Of a DNA stretch of 60,630 nt, positions 60,001 through 60,630 are shown in pieces. Under the pieces are notes generated by a model. The model made no database searches. It was not told the origin of the DNA and worked only from the letters and a program-made list of their open reading frames with translations. The position numbers and the translations under genes were made by a program. How positions within the stretch are numbered: the stretch's first letter is position 1; the number at the start of each line of letters is the position of its first letter. Origin of the DNA: Acidobacteriota bacterium. Lineage in GTDB: Bacteria > Acidobacteriota > UBA6911 > JACQSX01. The stretch covers positions 1 through 60,630 of the forward strand of contig DASXQR010000035.1 in the NCBI GenBank assembly GCA_036507075.1. The letters run 5' to 3'.

Positions 60001-60531
60001 TCCCCTGCCGGCCCCCGGCTGGCCCGTGGTAACTCCCGGAACGAGCAATGCCAGTTGGACGAAGTTCCGCCCGTTTAAGGGGAGATCCTGAATCTTTTTC
60101 GAGTCGATAACACTTCCAATAGTGGAACTTTCGGTGTGAAGCAGTTGGGCTCTGGCCTGGACTTCGACCAGTTCGGACATCTCGCCCACCTGAAGTTGAA
60201 GGTCCAGGCGCGCGATTTGATCGATCTCCACCCGGAATCCGCTTTGTTTCTGCCTGCGAAAACCGGGCAGCTCGGCAGTGATTTCGTAAGTGGATGGCTT
60301 CAAACCGGGGATGTTGTAGTTGCCCGTGTCATTGGTGACCGTTTCCCGCAGAAACCCGGTAGCGGGATCACGGACCGTAAGCTGAACCCCAGGGAGCACT
60401 GCTCCACTTTGATCGGTGACCGTACCGGTGATGGTGGCCGTGCCCGCCTGAGGATAAACCGGCGACAAGGTGAGAAGGAGAAGAATTACAATTGCTGCCA
60501 GGTGTTGCCAAAAAGGCCTGAGATGTGTCAT
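57016..60531 (-). CDS. TonB-dependent receptor (carboxypeptidase-like N-domain)
   Basis: AGGAGG RBS before ATG 60531; LPLNGRNFVQLA and C-terminal QFGLKMLF. Confidence 0.92.
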   Translation of the reverse strand: MTHLRPFWQHLAAIVILLLLTLSPVYPQAGTATITGTVTDQSGAVLPGVQLTVRDPATGFLRETVTNDTGNYNIPGLKPSTYEITAELPGFRRQKQSGFRVEIDQIARLDLQLQVGEMSELVEVQARAQLLHTESSTIGSVIDSKKIQDLPLNGRNFVQLALLVPGVTTGQPGAGRGGGISIGGTRSEQNAFQLDGMSNTDQWDTGISFRPSVDAIEEFKIEVNNYSAEFGKGAGGQINVVTKSGTNRFHGTLYEFNRNDAVQARNLFQRNPFFVSKKGKFIAPPLNRNEYGGSVSGPVLKDKTFFFADYQGSRQVNAGVGQRNVPDAAFRSGDFSSILGRQLGTDPLGRPVLANQIFDPRTSRPDPNAPSRFLRDPFPNNKIPIDRFDPVARKILEKGLWPNPNSPGARDSNTGNPLRNYFDNRGSRSDGDQFMVKVDHHLSVNDTFYVRWGFNDTTSESPGNFPGNENFSLNRQQVLGGSYVRTLSPTRINDLRASYQRERPKSAADRILGGQNLVKELGIRGLPLAGPGAPGISVSGFTSFADGSESRRSDDTWQFIDMYSFNHGRHFFKAGFELRRISLDVISNPANTRGDFIFGDATWTSLERFPGTGNTFANFLLGLTRQKARRPGDHSSFLRATEYAGYFQDDFKATSRLTINYGMRYQLYIPPKETRNHISAITVPKFPSSFAEGGISFCRDQKKCAGLSTSLDPLKLGLTLNDLFVERLPVIALAGRELPRSLVEVEKNDFGPRIGIAYRLGSNTVIRTGYGIFFDTVPASYFQDAVENLPFVREDQQSLSSFQFGPPTPEAFIGYLLDDPPIGSFTPGPNTYEASFRNAYMQQWNLSLQRQLGNDLIAEVAYAGNKGTKLNRRENMNTREPRSPSAIIPSTVHPHLRRLLPFAVFDGQLITLDNWFTTTSSACSNYHALMGRLEKRYSGGLTFIHAFTWGRAISDAQPFSGGDNDTGNRIQDMFNRKADKALAPFDHKYRFVSSFIYDLPFGHRRRFASGVPGLVNQFIGGWQVNGIVSLQSGFPITIRRQGDPLAIGTDGATRPDQVCDPTLKRSERTLDPRSGDPIFFNASCFVAPADRFGNAGRSTVIGPGSQTWDLAVFKNFEVRERMRVQFRTEFFNAFNHPNLGQPGRDLGGGNFGVVTSAGGPRIIQFGLKMLF

Positions 60532-60630
60532 TTGACGCCTCCTATCATTGGAGAATGAAACGGCGCGATAAATCGCGCCTCTCGACCTTGGGCACTTGTA
60601 GCGGCGCGGCATGCCGCGCCAGAGTTGGCC

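Overview
This looks like bacterial chromosome, probably Acidobacteria. That is an inference from four carboxypeptidase-domain TonB-dependent receptors and a CRTAC1-TPR/multiheme-TPR gene pair. The flanks are ordinary: sugar-isomerase, TonB-receptor and sulfatase genes on the left; hflX-der-IHF-merR on the right. The centre is a stack of integrated elements at a minus-strand tRNA-Asp(GTC) gene (51273-51349). Its 3' 45 bp recur three times (30517, 19091, 17109). Each copy is followed, exactly 121 bp after the core end, by a GGCACA-N5-GGCACA tandem motif that also overlaps the end of the single integrase gene. The innermost ~20.8 kb element (30517-51317) looks like a phage satellite. It has integrase, two excisionase/AlpA-type HTH genes, a P-loop replication protein with internal repeats and a small terminase, but no recognisable capsid, portal, large terminase or tail genes. 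Unusually, it carries two podovirus-like DNA-ejection (internal virion) protein genes, both interrupted. It also has an ArdC anti-restriction operon behind a hairpin-embedded promoter, a candidate packaging site, a DUF3467-like/HicB-like/HicA-like three-gene cassette and a stand-alone SIR2 gene. The two outer att-bounded segments (~11.4 kb and ~2 kb) have no integrase and carry host-type cargo and a vapBC pair. All family names come from motif recognition by eye, not database searches.
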